NCBI GenBank assembly: GCA_046563655.1
Contig: CM102285.1
Coordinates: forward strand, 15,190,001 to 15,254,000
Length of the DNA: 64,000 bases
From: Yuukianura sp. NJ FZ-2021
Lineage: Eukaryota
Reading direction: 5' to 3'
A program made the position numbers and the translations under genes. Positions 1-22,400 of the stretch are shown here, one piece after another (positions within the stretch are counted from its first letter, which is position 1; each line of letters starts with the position of its first letter). The notes under the pieces were generated by a model, which was not told where the DNA came from, ran no database searches, and worked only from the letters and a program-made list of their open reading frames with translations.

Positions 1-33
1 TTCAGGTTAACTAAGTATTGTTTTTGATGGCAG

Positions 34-290
34 GTACATCGGAGTATCTGAGTCCCGGAACAGAAGCGGACATTGAATATCTTCTTCGTGATGATACCCC
101 AACAGACTTGGAGAAGATATCGAATGTACTGGCTGAAATGCGGAGGATACAAAGTGTACAGCAGCGCGGTGACGAACATCCGCCAACAGCACATTCACAT
201 CACCACCTTGGTGGATTGCCAGCACAAACCGGACCATCATCAGACCCCAATCACATCAACTACCATCAACTCCATCCTGTCCACTTTTAA
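34..290 (+). CDS. Probable 3'-terminal coding exon of an unidentified gene that begins left of the window
   Basis: Acceptor-like tttttgatggcag|G at 33/34, open frame (..TSEYLSPGTEADIEYLLRDDTPTDLEKISNVLAEMRRIQ..HPVHF*) to TAA at 290, then AT-rich UTR-like sequence. No family recognised. Confidence 0.45.
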
Positions 291-713
291 ACAATCATCT
301 CCAAACAATCTGTTACCAAAACCATATTTTTAGTGTAGTGCTGCAGAACAGCAAATGTTAATCAGCAGCTACGTTTTAATCGATGTTAAACATTGCACAG
401 TTTCTGTTCAGAACATGTTAGCGATAGTCCAGTGTTTAGCTCTATACTCAAAACGACGTAGTGTTTTAGCCTTATTTTTGTAACTCGAGAGCCACTGTTA
501 TTCACATTTTGGCATTTGACCTGGACCTGCTCGTTCTTTTAATAATCAATTGCTTTTAATCCACTTTAATCAATTTTAAGCTCCACAGACTGTTAAGCGT
601 TTTCTTTTTAGCATCTAATAATCGTGGATATCCGCTGTTTTTTGTACCTTGGTAGTTTTGAGTTTACTTGATTTTTCGGGTGAGAAAAGGATTAACGACC
701 TTAGTTGTACCCG

Positions 714-1056
714 CACAGTGTACTAGCTATAGGCACTAAAAATGGTACTACGCCATTTTTAGTGGCTATACCAGAGTGGTAACTTAGTAGCCACTAACAT
801 CACTCTAACCTTAAGCGGCAACATAAGCTGCAACGCAAAGTGTAGCGTGCCATTGTAACATCTCAGTGTTGCTAGATATCCACTTTTTTGAAATTTACTG
901 AAATCTACTGAAAAATTATTTCATCCGGTTTTATCCGGAGGGAATGAGTGGTTACCAGTGTATATTTCCACCTAATTTGATGTGGGTGGAAGAAATAGTT
1001 TATCCAGTTGACAACACTGTGGGCCACTAAAAAATTAGCGAAGTGACAACACTGTG
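714..1056. repeat. Degenerate MITE-like segment upstream of G-alpha-s, containing an 18-bp-stem hairpin (728-770)
   Basis: tatag-g-cactaaaaatgg / ccatttttagtg-g-ctata hairpin; direct repeat tgacaacactgtg (~1009, ~1044); CAGTG.../...CACTG end-like motifs; no TSD found. Confidence 0.35.
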
Positions 1057-2347
1057 AGGCTACAACGACAATCGTTAAACCTTACGCCAACCGACTTTTA
1101 AGTTTAATAGGTGAGTCATAATCCCAAAGTCCAATTTTAAAAATAACAGATTTTTAAGTTTTTGTTCCTTTTTAATGTTAATTGAGTTAATATTAATCGT
1201 GATTGGGTGAGTAAACCTGTTTGCCCAATGAAGTAAAGAGAAGAAGGCGACAGTGAAGCTCATATCCAGAGAGGCCAGTCGAGAGGTATAGGGATCTTGT
1301 GTGTCTAGTGTTTAGGGAGGCGCTGGCGCTTTGCAAAAAGCCAGAATTCGCATTCGCACAATTTTTTTTTGCGAAAATTCACCCATCCATTTTCCGTTTG
1401 GAGAAGGGAGTCGGCGGAGGACGAATTCTTGACTTTATCCTTGGTCTGGTGTATCTCTGGTTCTCCAACACACAAGGACACACCAGTCCAATTCTTAGAT
1501 CCACTCAAACGACTTATCCTCCCACCCACCACTTCACTCTACCAATTAATAATTAACCTCACTCGCAATTTACTAATTATTCACTTTACTCACTCCAGCA
1601 ACAGATCCCTGGTCATAGGAACGACATGAGCAGCCCTGCTTGAAGTCACTGAGGAATCACAACGGCTGGAACCATCCTACACTCCAAATGAGGTCAACAT
1701 AAACCTAAAGTCTAAGGGTCAACTTGGGAGGTCAAAGGACGAGCAATCGACTGAGTCAGTGTCAGCTCTAACTTGTAACGTGTCAGCTTAGACCACCGTC
1801 GTCAGCTAAACCAGCCTCTCTTACGTGGGCTACTTGTGTTCAGAACGAAAGGTAAGGAACACATTTGAAGAATAGTAAGTACTATCGTGCTAAGTCGGAC
1901 AATCGTTGTTTACATTTGGATTTGTTGATTTTAGAGCGGACATACCCTAACTTAGTACGAATCTGTGATTGGAATTTGAGAAGGTGCTAATGAAAATATC
2001 AGACTGGAATCAGCTGAGGAGGGACTCTGTAATCGGTTTCCTCCGAATCACCTTGGATCCTGTGTTCAACTGATCAATCTCTTCACAACATACGCTAATA
2101 AGTTGTCCATCCACTTCCGATTCCGCACACTCTGTTAGGATTTGGAGGTCAACTGATAAGTGTTCTACATTGCATCAACTCACTTATTTCATCTTGTTCC
2201 AGTGAAAGTGGTTCAAGTGGTTTGTGAAAAGGGCGGATCCTGGACTAAGACGGGATAAATCACTGGCCGTGGATCGGTGGATCGGAGCGACAAAGCGATT
2301 GTGTTTTGAGTGGGAGCTGAACGGAGGGCTCCAAAGTGCCGAATGTC

Positions 2348-11075
<8,728 letters not shown>

Positions 11076-13571
11076 TGGACACTTCGTCTCCAGTACTGTC
11101 TTCTTACTCTTGAGTTAAGCACGAGTGCAGCCAAGGGGTCCCCAGGGACCCTTGACCTCCCCTCACCTCTGTCACCTCACAGAACAAACTGAATCTGGTC
11201 CTTCCGTGTCCACGGGCTCCTTCGACCCTCTTTCTAAACCAAGTACTGAAGAAATGAGCTCTCAGTTGCCTTGTTTTAGCAATCTGAATCAGTTAGGATC
11301 ATCCAAAATGCTTAGAAACTAGAAGTAGACACTTAGAATAGTTTCGTCCACCAAGCCTCAACTTTTTTGAGTTTTATGTTTTTATATTACGAAATTGTTA
11401 CGTGCACAGAGGATACAAATTGTGTGCTTTTAGACGTTTTTTTAGAAGTTGGCTTTACTTAGTTTGGAAGTGGGCTGAAAAGAGGTTGAAAATGTTTGGT
11501 CATTTGGTAATAGTGGCATCCATCTACATGTACTTCTAACTTGACCTTTGACCTTGACCCTCATTTATACAAGTGGATAAAGAGAAGGGAGTTTGAGTAG
11601 GAAGCTTACAAGCGTTACATGTTTTTGATAATTAAACTTTGCAAAGAAAATGTTAAACAATAACTGAGCAGAAACTTGGAAAAGAGTAGAAGGTAAAAGT
11701 TAGCCTTTTAATCTTCAATGTCATCTTGGATCTTCGTAAAAACTAAAGTTAAAATAATTATGCAGAATAATTAGAAATGTGCTAAGGTTTATGTAACTTT
11801 GCCATAAAACTAAACTTAACGAAAGTGTGAGGTGTGAAACATAATCCTGTTTCCTGCTTTTTCTTTTTCTAACAAAACTTTGAAAAGAGAATTGTTACCT
11901 GTTGATTTTATTAGATTAATTGGACAACTAATTTACGCTGTTAATTAATTGACTTTAAAAGAAGTTAAGTGCTTGGACCTTGCACTTGCACTCACTTTTT
12001 AACACGCCTTTGTCACAGTCCTTACCTGTACGATTTGACTTCAAAAATTGTTCTTTTTCAAAAGTTTTTAAAATTGGTTAAAACATTGAGGTTTCTGTTT
12101 TCCAAGCATGTAAACTTTCCTTTTAATTTCGCTGTTAATTTAGTAATTTGTGTCAAAATGTAAACCTTGTGGTGCTCCCTTTGTGCTAATTTATATTTTA
12201 AAATCACCAATGTGTCTTGCATAAGTTTAACCACCTTGTTAGTTCAAATGTCACTTCAACTGCTGCACTTTTTGGTTCAATTTGTAGATGAAAATGTAGT
12301 TGAGGTAGTGAAGTTGAAGCGACAGTTGAACTAAACAAGTTTGGTTTCTTCTGTAGAGCAAACAAAAGTTGAACTGATTTGAGTGGATTCGACACGATGC
12401 TGCTGGAACTCTTTTTTTTTAAAGTGAGCTGAACTTTTTTAAGCAGCTCATGTTGAAAACGCACAAATTTTCCATTTTGATTTGGATTGGAGCTAAAATT
12501 TGAGATTTAAGAGTGGAATGAGTTCAACTTCTTATGCGAGACACTGTGGAGAGAGTGAAGTTAATGTTAAGTTAGGAGGTGGTTGGAGTTAAGTGGTGGG
12601 GGGATAAGTTAATTAAGAAGTTGACACCAGAGAGCACGGTGTACTTGTGAATGCGCTTGCGTGAGCAGCTTCTAAAACCAAACGTATTTGACGTATATTT
12701 AAGAGGGAGGAAAGTGTGTTCAAAGGGTTAGGTAAGGATTAGACAAATCCCTTTCTAACTTAGTGATATTCACAATTTAAAACAAGTTCAACATTTTAAA
12801 ACAATTTCAAAATCTTAAACAGAGTAACTGTGTCACTAATTTTAAAAGTAGACAGGAAGCAGGATCCTTATCTAGTAAGCTTTTGGGTTTTTCTGTTGGA
12901 AATCTCAGGAAATCACGTTTTTTAGTTTTAGTTTTTAACTTGGATCTTCCTTTTCAACAGAGTCTGACTTTTGTTTTTGCAAAGTGTAAATTGAAACTTG
13001 TGTACCCTGTACCTGGAGAGTCCTTGGATGAGGTCCCTTAGAATGTAACACTTTGGAAGCGAGCTTTAGCATGATTCGGGAAGGTGCTGTGGATTTAAGG
13101 ACCGTTTTTATCCCAGATCAAAGTTAACTTTTAATTGCAAACATAATCAACTCAAAGTCTTCATTAACTTCATCCCCTCTCGGTTTCTCATTCGTCTTCC
13201 ACGCAATTTTCCCACGTTTTGAACAATTCCGTTGTTAATTTGCTCCTTTTAAAAAATACACCCTCAATAACTTATAAACTAAAAAGCTTTCTAAGGAAAA
13301 TTCCAAAAAGTTAAAAAAAAAGTTGCGGCTAACGGTGAGAGTTTTTAGAAAGTTTGAGGCGTCAAGAGGGGTAAATGGGGAGAAATAGCAAGTTAATTGA
13401 GAAGAGTCACCATTTTTGATAATTGTAATTTTGGCAGCCACATTTAAACTTAAGTTTAAAGTTATTAAAATTAAGTTTAATTTCAAAAGTTGTTGTCCTT
13501 GTGTTGAGCTTCTGTTGGGGTTTGTGGGCAGAGGTGTTTTGGTTTTTGAAAGGAATGTTTTGAATGTTTTC

Positions 13572-13577
13572 AATAAA
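13572..13577 (+). promoter_or_regulatory. Candidate polyadenylation signal ending a ~2.5-kb G-alpha-s 3' UTR
   Basis: AATAAA near the end of the T-rich region downstream of the stop at 11075, shortly before repeat DNA begins. Confidence 0.4.
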
Positions 13578-14091
13578 AGTGCTTAAGTAAATTAAAGTTA
13601 AGATGTTAATTGTAAACCCTAGTTAAATAGTTTAGTGAATTATGTCTAGTAACTCCTCTTGTCATCTTCAGACATGGAATTCATCCACTAGAACAAATGG
13701 AGGAAACCCAAAAAGTGTATTTCATCTAATTATGATAAGTAAACAACAAATAAATTATCAACTATTACCACAAATCTCCAATTCGATCTTATTTTTCAGG
13801 TTTTTATTACTACTTTTCGCAAGAAGTTGTTGAATTTTTTGTCCCAACTTTATTTTTGAAAAAGAAATGTACTTTTTCCACCAAAAAATTATTTTTTCGA
13901 AACAAAAATATGGAAATCGGAAATTAATGCGGAGAACTTACTCTAAGATACAAAAAAAAATTAAATGAAATTGAAAAATTTAGGTCATTCTGAGTTCACT
14001 GGTGAAGGAAATGGCGATCGGAAGCATTCGATTTCCGAGATACGAATTTGCAAAGTTTTTTTGAATTTTGAAATGATTTTGTACGGAGGTG

Positions 14092-14860
14092 AGTTTGAAT
14101 GGGTGAAAAAGTTGAGGGATTAACCCATTCAAAAATCCTCACTTTTCCAGTCAACTTTTTCACTCCCACACAAACACACTCATTTTTTGGTCGTTTTTCA
14201 ATTAGAAAAATTTCAACTTTGCAGCGATTTCTGTGGCTCCAGCGCTCGGATCTAGTCATCCGACATCGTCCTACACAATTTCATGCCAAAATATTAATTA
14301 ACAAAACAAAAGAAGTACAGAAAAAAAGCACACCATCAAAATTTTGACAGCTTTAGGGTGCTTTTTAGAATTTTTAAAAAATCCTACACATTTTTCTGAA
14401 TTCAGGCGTGAAGAGTTTAATTCTCTATCTCTTTCCGTTAAAAAGTTATGAATTTTTAAAGTTTTGTAAATTTTGAAATTAAGTTTGAATGGAGGAAAAG
14501 TTGAGGGATTAGCCCATTCAAAAGTCATCACTTTTCGATTCAACTTTTTCATCCCCCTACAAACACTCATTTTTTGGTCGTTTTTCAATTAGAAAAATTT
14601 CAACTTTGCAGCGATTTCTGTGGCTCCAGCGCTCGGATCTAGTCATCCGACATCGTCCTACACAATTTCATGCCAAAATTTTAAAAAATAAAATAAAAGG
14701 AGTACAGAAAAAAAAGACGCCATCAAAATTTTGACAGCTTAAGGGTGCTTTTTAGAATTTTTTAAAAATTCTACACATTTTTCTGAATTCAGGCGTGAAG
14801 AGTTTAATTCTCTATCTCTTTCCGTTAAAAAGTTATGAATTTTTAAAGTTTTGTAAATTT
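14092..14860. repeat. Tandem repeat, two ~390-bp copies, plus a partial third copy at ~15139-15184
   Basis: Units start agtttgaatgg at 14092 and 14482, with long identical blocks (e.g. tttcaactttgcagcgatttctgtggctccagcgctcggatctagtcatccgacatcgtcctacacaatttcatgccaaaat). Lies between the convergent 3' ends of G-alpha-s and NCOA6; probably transposon-derived. Confidence 0.9.
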
Positions 14861-14872
14861 AAATTTTCGGAG

Positions 14873-15097
14873 GAGAGATTTTGTATTGGTTTGTGAATGA
14901 AGCTGCTGGGAAACCATCCGAGCTGACAGGAGATTATACAACCCAAAAAGGTTCCTCGCCCTCCCTCTACTTTTTCCCGCAACTCAAACTCCCATACAAA
15001 AAGGAATACAGAAGGAACCTTCCTATCTGCCTCTTTGCTCCGTATAATCTCCGATCTCAATTTCTGCTTTCTCTTTCATCTCTCTTGCAAAACTCTC
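14873..15097 (-). repeat. Degenerate long foldback / rod-like inverted repeat
   Basis: Nested complementary blocks: ggagattatac 14929-14939 / gtataatctcc 15042-15052; aaggttcct 14948-14956 / aggaacctt 15013-15021; gagagattttg 14873-14883 / caaaactctc 15088-15097 (one bulge). Confidence 0.7.
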
Positions 15098-15229
15098 TTT
15101 CCAAAACGCATGAATTCTTGCCCTTGTTCTAAATTTTTAAAATTTCAACTTTGCAGCGATTCCTGCGCTTCCATCGCTTGGATCAAATTACACAACAACA
15201 TGTTTTGTTATGCTCTTGATAAATGTGTT

Positions 15230-15235
15230 TTTATT
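15230..15235 (-). promoter_or_regulatory. Candidate polyadenylation signal of the NCOA6-like gene
   Basis: tttatt on + (AATAAA on -), ~1.25 kb downstream of the stop at 16483, at the edge of the repeat region. Confidence 0.45.
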
Positions 15236-16482
15236 GATTCTTAAGGAATTTATAATAGAATATTTCATACCTACGGATTTAGCATCACTATAATTGTCCA
15301 GCCACGAAAAGTAACTTCGCTTTGTCCTTCTTTTCGCAATAACCTACTAGCTCTCTGTACAATTAATTCATTAATTAATTAATTAACCTTAACTACGAGT
15401 CCATCATCATCATCATCGTCTACTCACCTTAAGCCAATACTTATTCTAAAGCCCTTCAAAATACTATTTAACAGTTAGCACAAGAACCACCTTTTTACGC
15501 AGCTAAAATCTTAATTAACTTAACTTAATTACAAAAGTTACCCAACTGCTAAAAGCATAAAATAGGATTGAGAATTTTAAAATAAAGTGACTAAAATCGC
15601 AAGGTTAAACCCAGGGACAATTCAACTCAATTTCATCTTATCCACTATCACCCAGTAACAAAAACTTAAATACAAAGTTTAAAACGTATTATTAAATGGC
15701 CACAGCACGGACACTTCTAACCTCTTTAAGCACTTGGCGATTATTCAATTACTTTCCAAAATAATTAATTACAATTAACTTTAGGTATTCAAAATTAAAA
15801 AGCTCATCACCCGCCCATCCCACACTAAAATTAAGAATCCCCCACTCTTCTCCCTTATAAAAACGAGCACAAAGTTATTGAAAATGAGTTGATTTTAGAC
15901 AATTTGTAAAATAGAGCGATGATAAATGTGACGAGTTTAGCTTAAAAAGTTACAATTTTGAACTTGCCCGTCTTATTGGCTATCGGTAGCTTAAGTAGAG
16001 TCTACTCAAAAACGATTAACAAGTGGTCACCGCCAGTGACCTTTGACCTCTAAAGCAACTACATAACAACGGAGAGTGTGTCTTTTCCCACCCTCCAACG
16101 AAATGAAGTAGAATTTAGTTGGCAAAGTGCCAAACACAAGTCCCCACCCCTAAAATCTGTTATCACAAATTCATAATTTTTAACTCCAAATCCCCATTGC
16201 GATTCAATTTCCGCCCAAAATGGCGTCTTGACCGGGAATTTGAAAAGTTTAAGATATTTTAGACTTGTTGAAGGCATGAGAAAGGGAGAAAGTGAGGAAA
16301 CATTTCCACAATTCCGAAAATTCCGAAATACAAAAGACGTATTTAGGGAGGGGTGACAATAATGAAGTTATGTTAAAAAATAAATTAAGGAATCTTTAGC
16401 TAATTAATCTTACACCAAATCATTGCACAACGTCGCTGGTAGCTTTCCACGTGGTCGTCATCAGTTTTAGTTCAAGTCCTCG

Positions 16483-19400
16483 CTATGTCATTCTTCTTCT
16501 TTTTCCTGCAGGGCCTTCAGAATCCAATACTACACCTCCTAAAACAAAACACAAAGTTCAATTTCAACTTAAAATTAAACATTTCAACTTAAAATCAACC
16601 AAACTATTTACAAAATTTTGGCCAACTTACCAGTGACTGCACTGCTTCTAGTTTTCCTTCTTGAGTTTTCTGTTTCTAGGCTGGTAGTGGGCGTGGTCTT
16701 GTGATTTGCACTTAATTGCTGTTGCTCCTTCTTCGAAATTCCACTTCTTCCTTTCCCAGAAGTCGCCACAGACACATCTTTTTCGTTCTGTTTGGATTTC
16801 TGCACGGGTTTCACTTTTCCTTTCCTCGCTTCTAACTCATGATTGCCCGCTTTCGAAGAGTTTTCAGCCATATTGTTCACTTTTCCTCGCTTCATTCCGG
16901 CTGATGCATTTCGATGATTCACACGTCCAGTTTTCCTAAAAATTCAAAATAATCAGTTAGAATCAAAACAACTTTTAGTTTTTAAATTTTAAATTATAAA
17001 ATTTTAAATTACTTGGAATCCTTGTCGTCTTCCTTGGAAGGGCGTGAGGGCAGAGGAATTCTGTGTCCACTGCTGCCTCGGCTGGACGAACGATCTTCTG
17101 AAGAACCTCTGCTGGATCTCCCGCCCCGTCCAAAGCCCAGCGACTCACTATCGTCATCAGAGTCTTCTAAAATTGGTGCTGAAAAGTAAAAAGCGACATT
17201 TAACTTTTAATTTCTAAACAAATTGCTAAATGACAGACAATTCAGTAGTAAAAACTCACCTGGTTTTTTAGATTTAGCTTCTTTCGTTTTCGCATCTTCC
17301 AGTCGTCGGATAAGCATCGTGTTTCTCTTTGGCGTATCTTCGGCTCCAATACAAGCTTTGATCAGTTCTGCTGCATTTTCAGAGCATCTTCTCTTTCCAG
17401 GACGAGCGTTAAGGTCAATGACTTCCGTTCTCTGAAGGCCTTCGTCTCCGTTTTCTTCTTTGGATGCCGAACTGCTCTCAGATTCTCTTCTCTTCCGCTT
17501 GTTCTTTCCTCCTTTGGAATTGACTGGAACTGGAGAAGAGGAGTGACTGTTCGTCACAATTCCTGGACTCATCGCAGCACATGGACTCATCAGCTTCAAT
17601 CCTCCAGTCGGACTCGGTTTAGGACTATTTCGAGTCTCCCGGGTACTTGCAATTTTAGACACAGGAGGGAGGAGTTTCGGTGTTTCACTCCGAGTGGTCG
17701 TCAAAGCAGTAATGTCTGGACTCACAATTCGAGTATTTGATCTGGTACTTCTCGTCACCATTGGTCCACTGCCTCTTTCTTCAAAGTTCGGATGAGCAGA
17801 GTCCACTTGAGGAATTTCAATCGACAGTTCATTCAAAGTCTCTCCAATTTTTGACTTATTCTTCCCATTTCGCTTTCCAACATAAGTGTGATCAGATTCT
17901 GTTCCTGGTTCATCTTCTTCCTGTTCTGGTTCAGGACTGGAACTTCCAGCAGCAAAAGAGTCGATTATCTCTTGATCTTCTCCATGAATATCTCCAGAAC
18001 ACAAGTCAGTCGCTGGGTTATTAGCCAAACTCGTAAAATTAGTGGCAGTTTGTTCAGGAATTCCTTCGTGGCTAGATTCATGACTATTTTCTCCAACTTC
18101 TGAATCTCCATGATCCTCAATCCCGTTTTGCTCAATTGCTTCTGAACTTTTTTGAGGAAGTTGTGTTGAAGCCAAAGCTACTGCTACATCCTGCTCATCA
18201 TGAATAATGTCCCCTTCGAATCCCAATTCCTCATCTTCAACTTCATCTTCATCTTCTGTCGTTTGATCTCCTTTTTCTCCTTCATTCGAATCACAAACTG
18301 AATCCATCGACACAGTGTTGATTATGGACATCCTCTGCGTAGAAATCGGAACCTTGATTGGCACAGTTTGAAATCCGCCGTCACATTGTAGTTGTTCCAG
18401 CGACTGTTGTGACATCGTCAGAGCTCCAGTTGTTGGCTCTCTTCTCAAATCCACAAATCCACCGCCTGGACGCACAACCCGAATTGTTGTTGGTTGTGAT
18501 TGACCTGCTGATTGAATATCCGGTGAAACTTGAGTTACATTCTTATTTGGATTCATCATCATCTGCAGCACATTTCCTCCTTTGACAGTGGACGAAGCCA
18601 GGACTTTATGAAATTGGGCATGATTGGCCGAAATTGGAACGAGAGTGATGTTGCCTCCGACATTACTCAAATTGAGCGGAGTTGTTTGAATTGGACGCGG
18701 ACTCACGACTCTCTGGGTTGTAAAAATGTGTGGTGAGCTGACACGGTTGGAAACGTCAATTATGGTAGGAGAAGATCGATTCGGTTGAAGATTTTGATTG
18801 GCTCCACTCAGAGTGTGTGGCTGTCCAGCTCCTTTCGGTAACGTTAGTAACTTGATCGGCACAACTTTGTGTCCAGAAGGAAGTACTGTGATCCCACCTT
18901 GGGCATGATGCTGTCCTTGAAGATGGTGGGACAGATTTGCCGGTATCGTGATTAGATTAGGCCCCACCCCACTTCCACCTGAAAATAACAAAAATTTCAA
19001 TTTTTTCAGATTTTCAAAACTTAAAAACTTTAAAAAAAATTCAACAAGTTGAAAATACTGACCTGGAATAGAAATGAGATTTTGATGCTTAATGGTGGAA
19101 GTGAGACTAGCAGAGGAGACTTGAATGACATTTCCAATTCCAGGAATACGATTCATGTTGAGTACGCTTCCATGAACTGGAATTGGAGTGGCTGGAAATC
19201 GCTGAATAGTTTCTCCAGTACTTTTCCCTCCGAGTGTTGTTATGATTGTCTCCAGTCCCATTTTGGGCCGTGGAGTTGCGACATTTAGTTGAGTTGGAGC
19301 AGTTTCTTCTCCAGCCGTCGGTTGAATTTTGACAATTGGTTTGATTTCGAGTGGTGGAATTGGAATTGGTCTGATTACGCTTGGAGTTGTGCCTGGTTGT

Positions 19401-22400
19401 GTTGGTCTTACCAAGTTTGGAAGTGGAGAGAGAACTCCAGAACTGGATTGGACAAAGAATCGCTGTTTTTGAGGAGATTGATCAAACCTTGGTAAAATAC
19501 TGACAGGAACAACTCGTTCAATGGGTGGATTCGGATTTAAAACGCCCTCCACACTGCAAATGGGGGATGTCTTCAACTCTGGAACTTTTGTTTCCTTGTC
19601 TCCTTTTTTCTGATCAATGTCGGAATTTATGATAGGATGAGGCGTTTCTATCGCTTTCAGCGATCCAGATTCAATTGGTTGTGGAAGTCCAGTATCAGCG
19701 ACTACTGGGCAAGGTTCTGAGCTTGTGAAAATTGAGGCAGAGGTCATCTCGAGTGGAGTTTCCAGTTTTTCTATGACTGGAGATTCCGATGTTGTTGGGA
19801 TTTCGACTGGCGATGCTTTGACTGTTGAACTGGATTCTAATTGGTCAATTGTTTCTTGCAGTTTTGTCGGCCGTACACGCAATACAGAAACATTTTTCTT
19901 GTGTTTGGCTGGAGACGATTGAGATGTTGCTACTTCCGAATTTGGAGGAGTTGGAGCTGAAATTGTGGTGGGAGTTGCGTCGTATGAAACATTCAAAGTT
20001 TCTACCGGATGAGGTTGAGGTGTCGGAACTACTGGAGAATCTCTTGAAAAATTAAATCCTGAAGATCTTATATGCGTGATGACTGAAGTAGGTGACACAA
20101 CTGTAGTATGGATAATTTCTACATCCGGAAGATCAACTGTAATCGAAGAAACCGGTTTTTCTGCTGGTCTTGCAATCGGAGGATTCGGTTTAGATGGAAT
20201 GACTTCCACAATTGACACTTCCGCTTCTCCTGTCTCTCCTTCTTCTTCCGTTTTCCTAACTTCCGCAACTTCTGGCGTCAACGAAGCAATCTTCGGTTCT
20301 TCGTCTCTTAACTTCTCAGTTTCTTGTTCTTGCGTTTCAATTTGAGGTTCTTGTTCTATTGGTGAAAATTCCAATTGCACATCCTCATCCAACGGTGATT
20401 CAGATTCTTCTTCCGCTGCAAAAGAGTCAGTTCCTTCCATTTCATCCAAGTCAGACTCCGCTCCAACTTTAGCGACGTCCATGGAAGTTGAATTTGGCTC
20501 TTCAACAACTTCTGTCTCAATTGTAGTTTCTGCTTCTTCAACAATAGGCTCTGATTCAGCAATTGTTGGCAATTCTGCTTCTAGTGAAGGAGGTTGGACT
20601 GGAAGAAATTCCATTTCGGCCACATTTTCAACAGTAGTTTTAGTTTTGTTCTCAATTTGATTTGAATCAGCGTTGACTGGAACTGGCTCTGGTGATTGCA
20701 GCACTTCTTCCACTGGAACAGTTGAATCTTTCGTTGGAACAGTTGAATCTGGAACAGTTGAATCTTTCACTGGAACAGTTGAATTGATTAGCTCCACATC
20801 TTCCGGAATGATTTCTTCTTTTGGCTCAATTTTCGCCTCATCTTCTACCAATTTTGTGTCTGTTGAAGCCATTTCCGTTTTTTCTAAATTTGATCCTTGT
20901 TCTAATTCATCTATTGCTGCTTCTTCTGTTTCTTTGTCATCTGTGATTGGCTTTACTTCTAACTTTTCATGAAGCATTTCACCCAATTCAATCTCATTTT
21001 CTGGTTCAATCTGTGTATTAACTTCATCAACGAGGTCAACATCTGAAGATTCAGAAGGTAGAGTTGGATCAATCGGAACCTCAGTATTTTCTTCTCTCTC
21101 GTCAGCTTCTTTCATATAACACAAAATTTGTTCCTCTGCTTCACTGGATTTCGGAAGTGGCAATGCAGAATCCAGCTCCTCCTTTGGTTCTTCAACAATT
21201 TCAGAAACCTCTATCACTGGATTTGTCAATTGATCTTCCGCCAATTGAGATTCCATTGCAGATTCCAAAGTTTGCAGTTCCTGTTCCGGTACTTGCTGCT
21301 TCACTTCTTCAGCATCCATCATCATCTCATGTGAATTTCCTTCAGTTTGTTCCATACTTGACAGTTCCGTCGATTCTTCCTGGATTTCAGTAGAGACAGA
21401 ATCTGAAGTTTCATTTCTGTCGTTCGGTGTTTCCGGAATTCCATTTGTCCCAATTGAATCTTCCGCAGGTAGCTCCACTTTTGTTTCTTCAACTTTTGTC
21501 TCAATCTCATTCTCTTCCATTCTGCTTGAAATCTCACCTTCCATCTGTCCTGATTCAACTTCCTTTTCAATATTTTCGGCTGAAACAGATTTGATCTCAT
21601 CATTTTCAATCAGAATGGCATCTTTGTCTTCATCTTTTGCATCTTTTGTGGTTACAGATTCTGGTTCATTCGGAATTTCCGGAGATGCTGCAGAAAAAGA
21701 TTCCAAGCCCGATGCTTGTGATTCTTCTGGAGATTTGACATCTAAACTTTTCTGGTCCATGGACGAAGGATGCTGCGACACTTCTGATCTCTGTTGTTCT
21801 TCTCTGCTGGTCGACATGAATGAACTTGAATTGTCCAGTTCCTTCCTCACTGGACTCTCTCCCTGATTTGGACTTTTCTCAGACAAAGCGTCCATGGAGT
21901 CAATTCCAGAGTCTTCTCCAGTGGCTCCACTCGTCCCACTCCCTTGCTGTTCTTCCTTGCAACTCGGAATGATCGGAAGAGTGAGCATAACATTCTCACA
22001 ACACAACTCTCCACCCTCCGAATCTCCTTCCGTCAAGTTTTTCTCCTCCGATTCAGTTCCAGTCTTCTCCTCGTTCATTTCCTTGAATTCCATTGGATTC
22101 GTCTCACTTTCCATTTTTTCTAAACCAAGATCTTGCACTGTTGATGGAATTTGGCAGAGAGGTTCTGGACTGAGCGGAAAGATTGAAAGTTCCCTCTCGA
22201 AATCTTCAACAGTCTCTCTCTTCTGACCCTCAGGATCAACTGGTGAACATGTTTTGGTCAAGATGGGTTTGAGTATTGGCAGACTGGGATTTGGCCTCTT
22301 CGGAGTCAACGCCAAGAGATCAGGAATTGGTCGAGTTGTATGTTTAGGTGGTTTGTCTTCTACGCTCGGACTCACGGTAGTATCCATGCATTGAACACCA

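Noticed and set aside
14092..14860. Hammerhead ribozyme or retrozyme in the tandem repeat
   Set aside because: No CUGANGA core seen on either strand.
18979..19062. The 1742-aa ORF reads straight through an 84-nt segment
   Set aside because: The segment has a canonical GT..AG and T-rich intron composition; it is a stop-free 3n intron, most likely by chance. The same applies to the ~75-nt intron at ~53206-53280.
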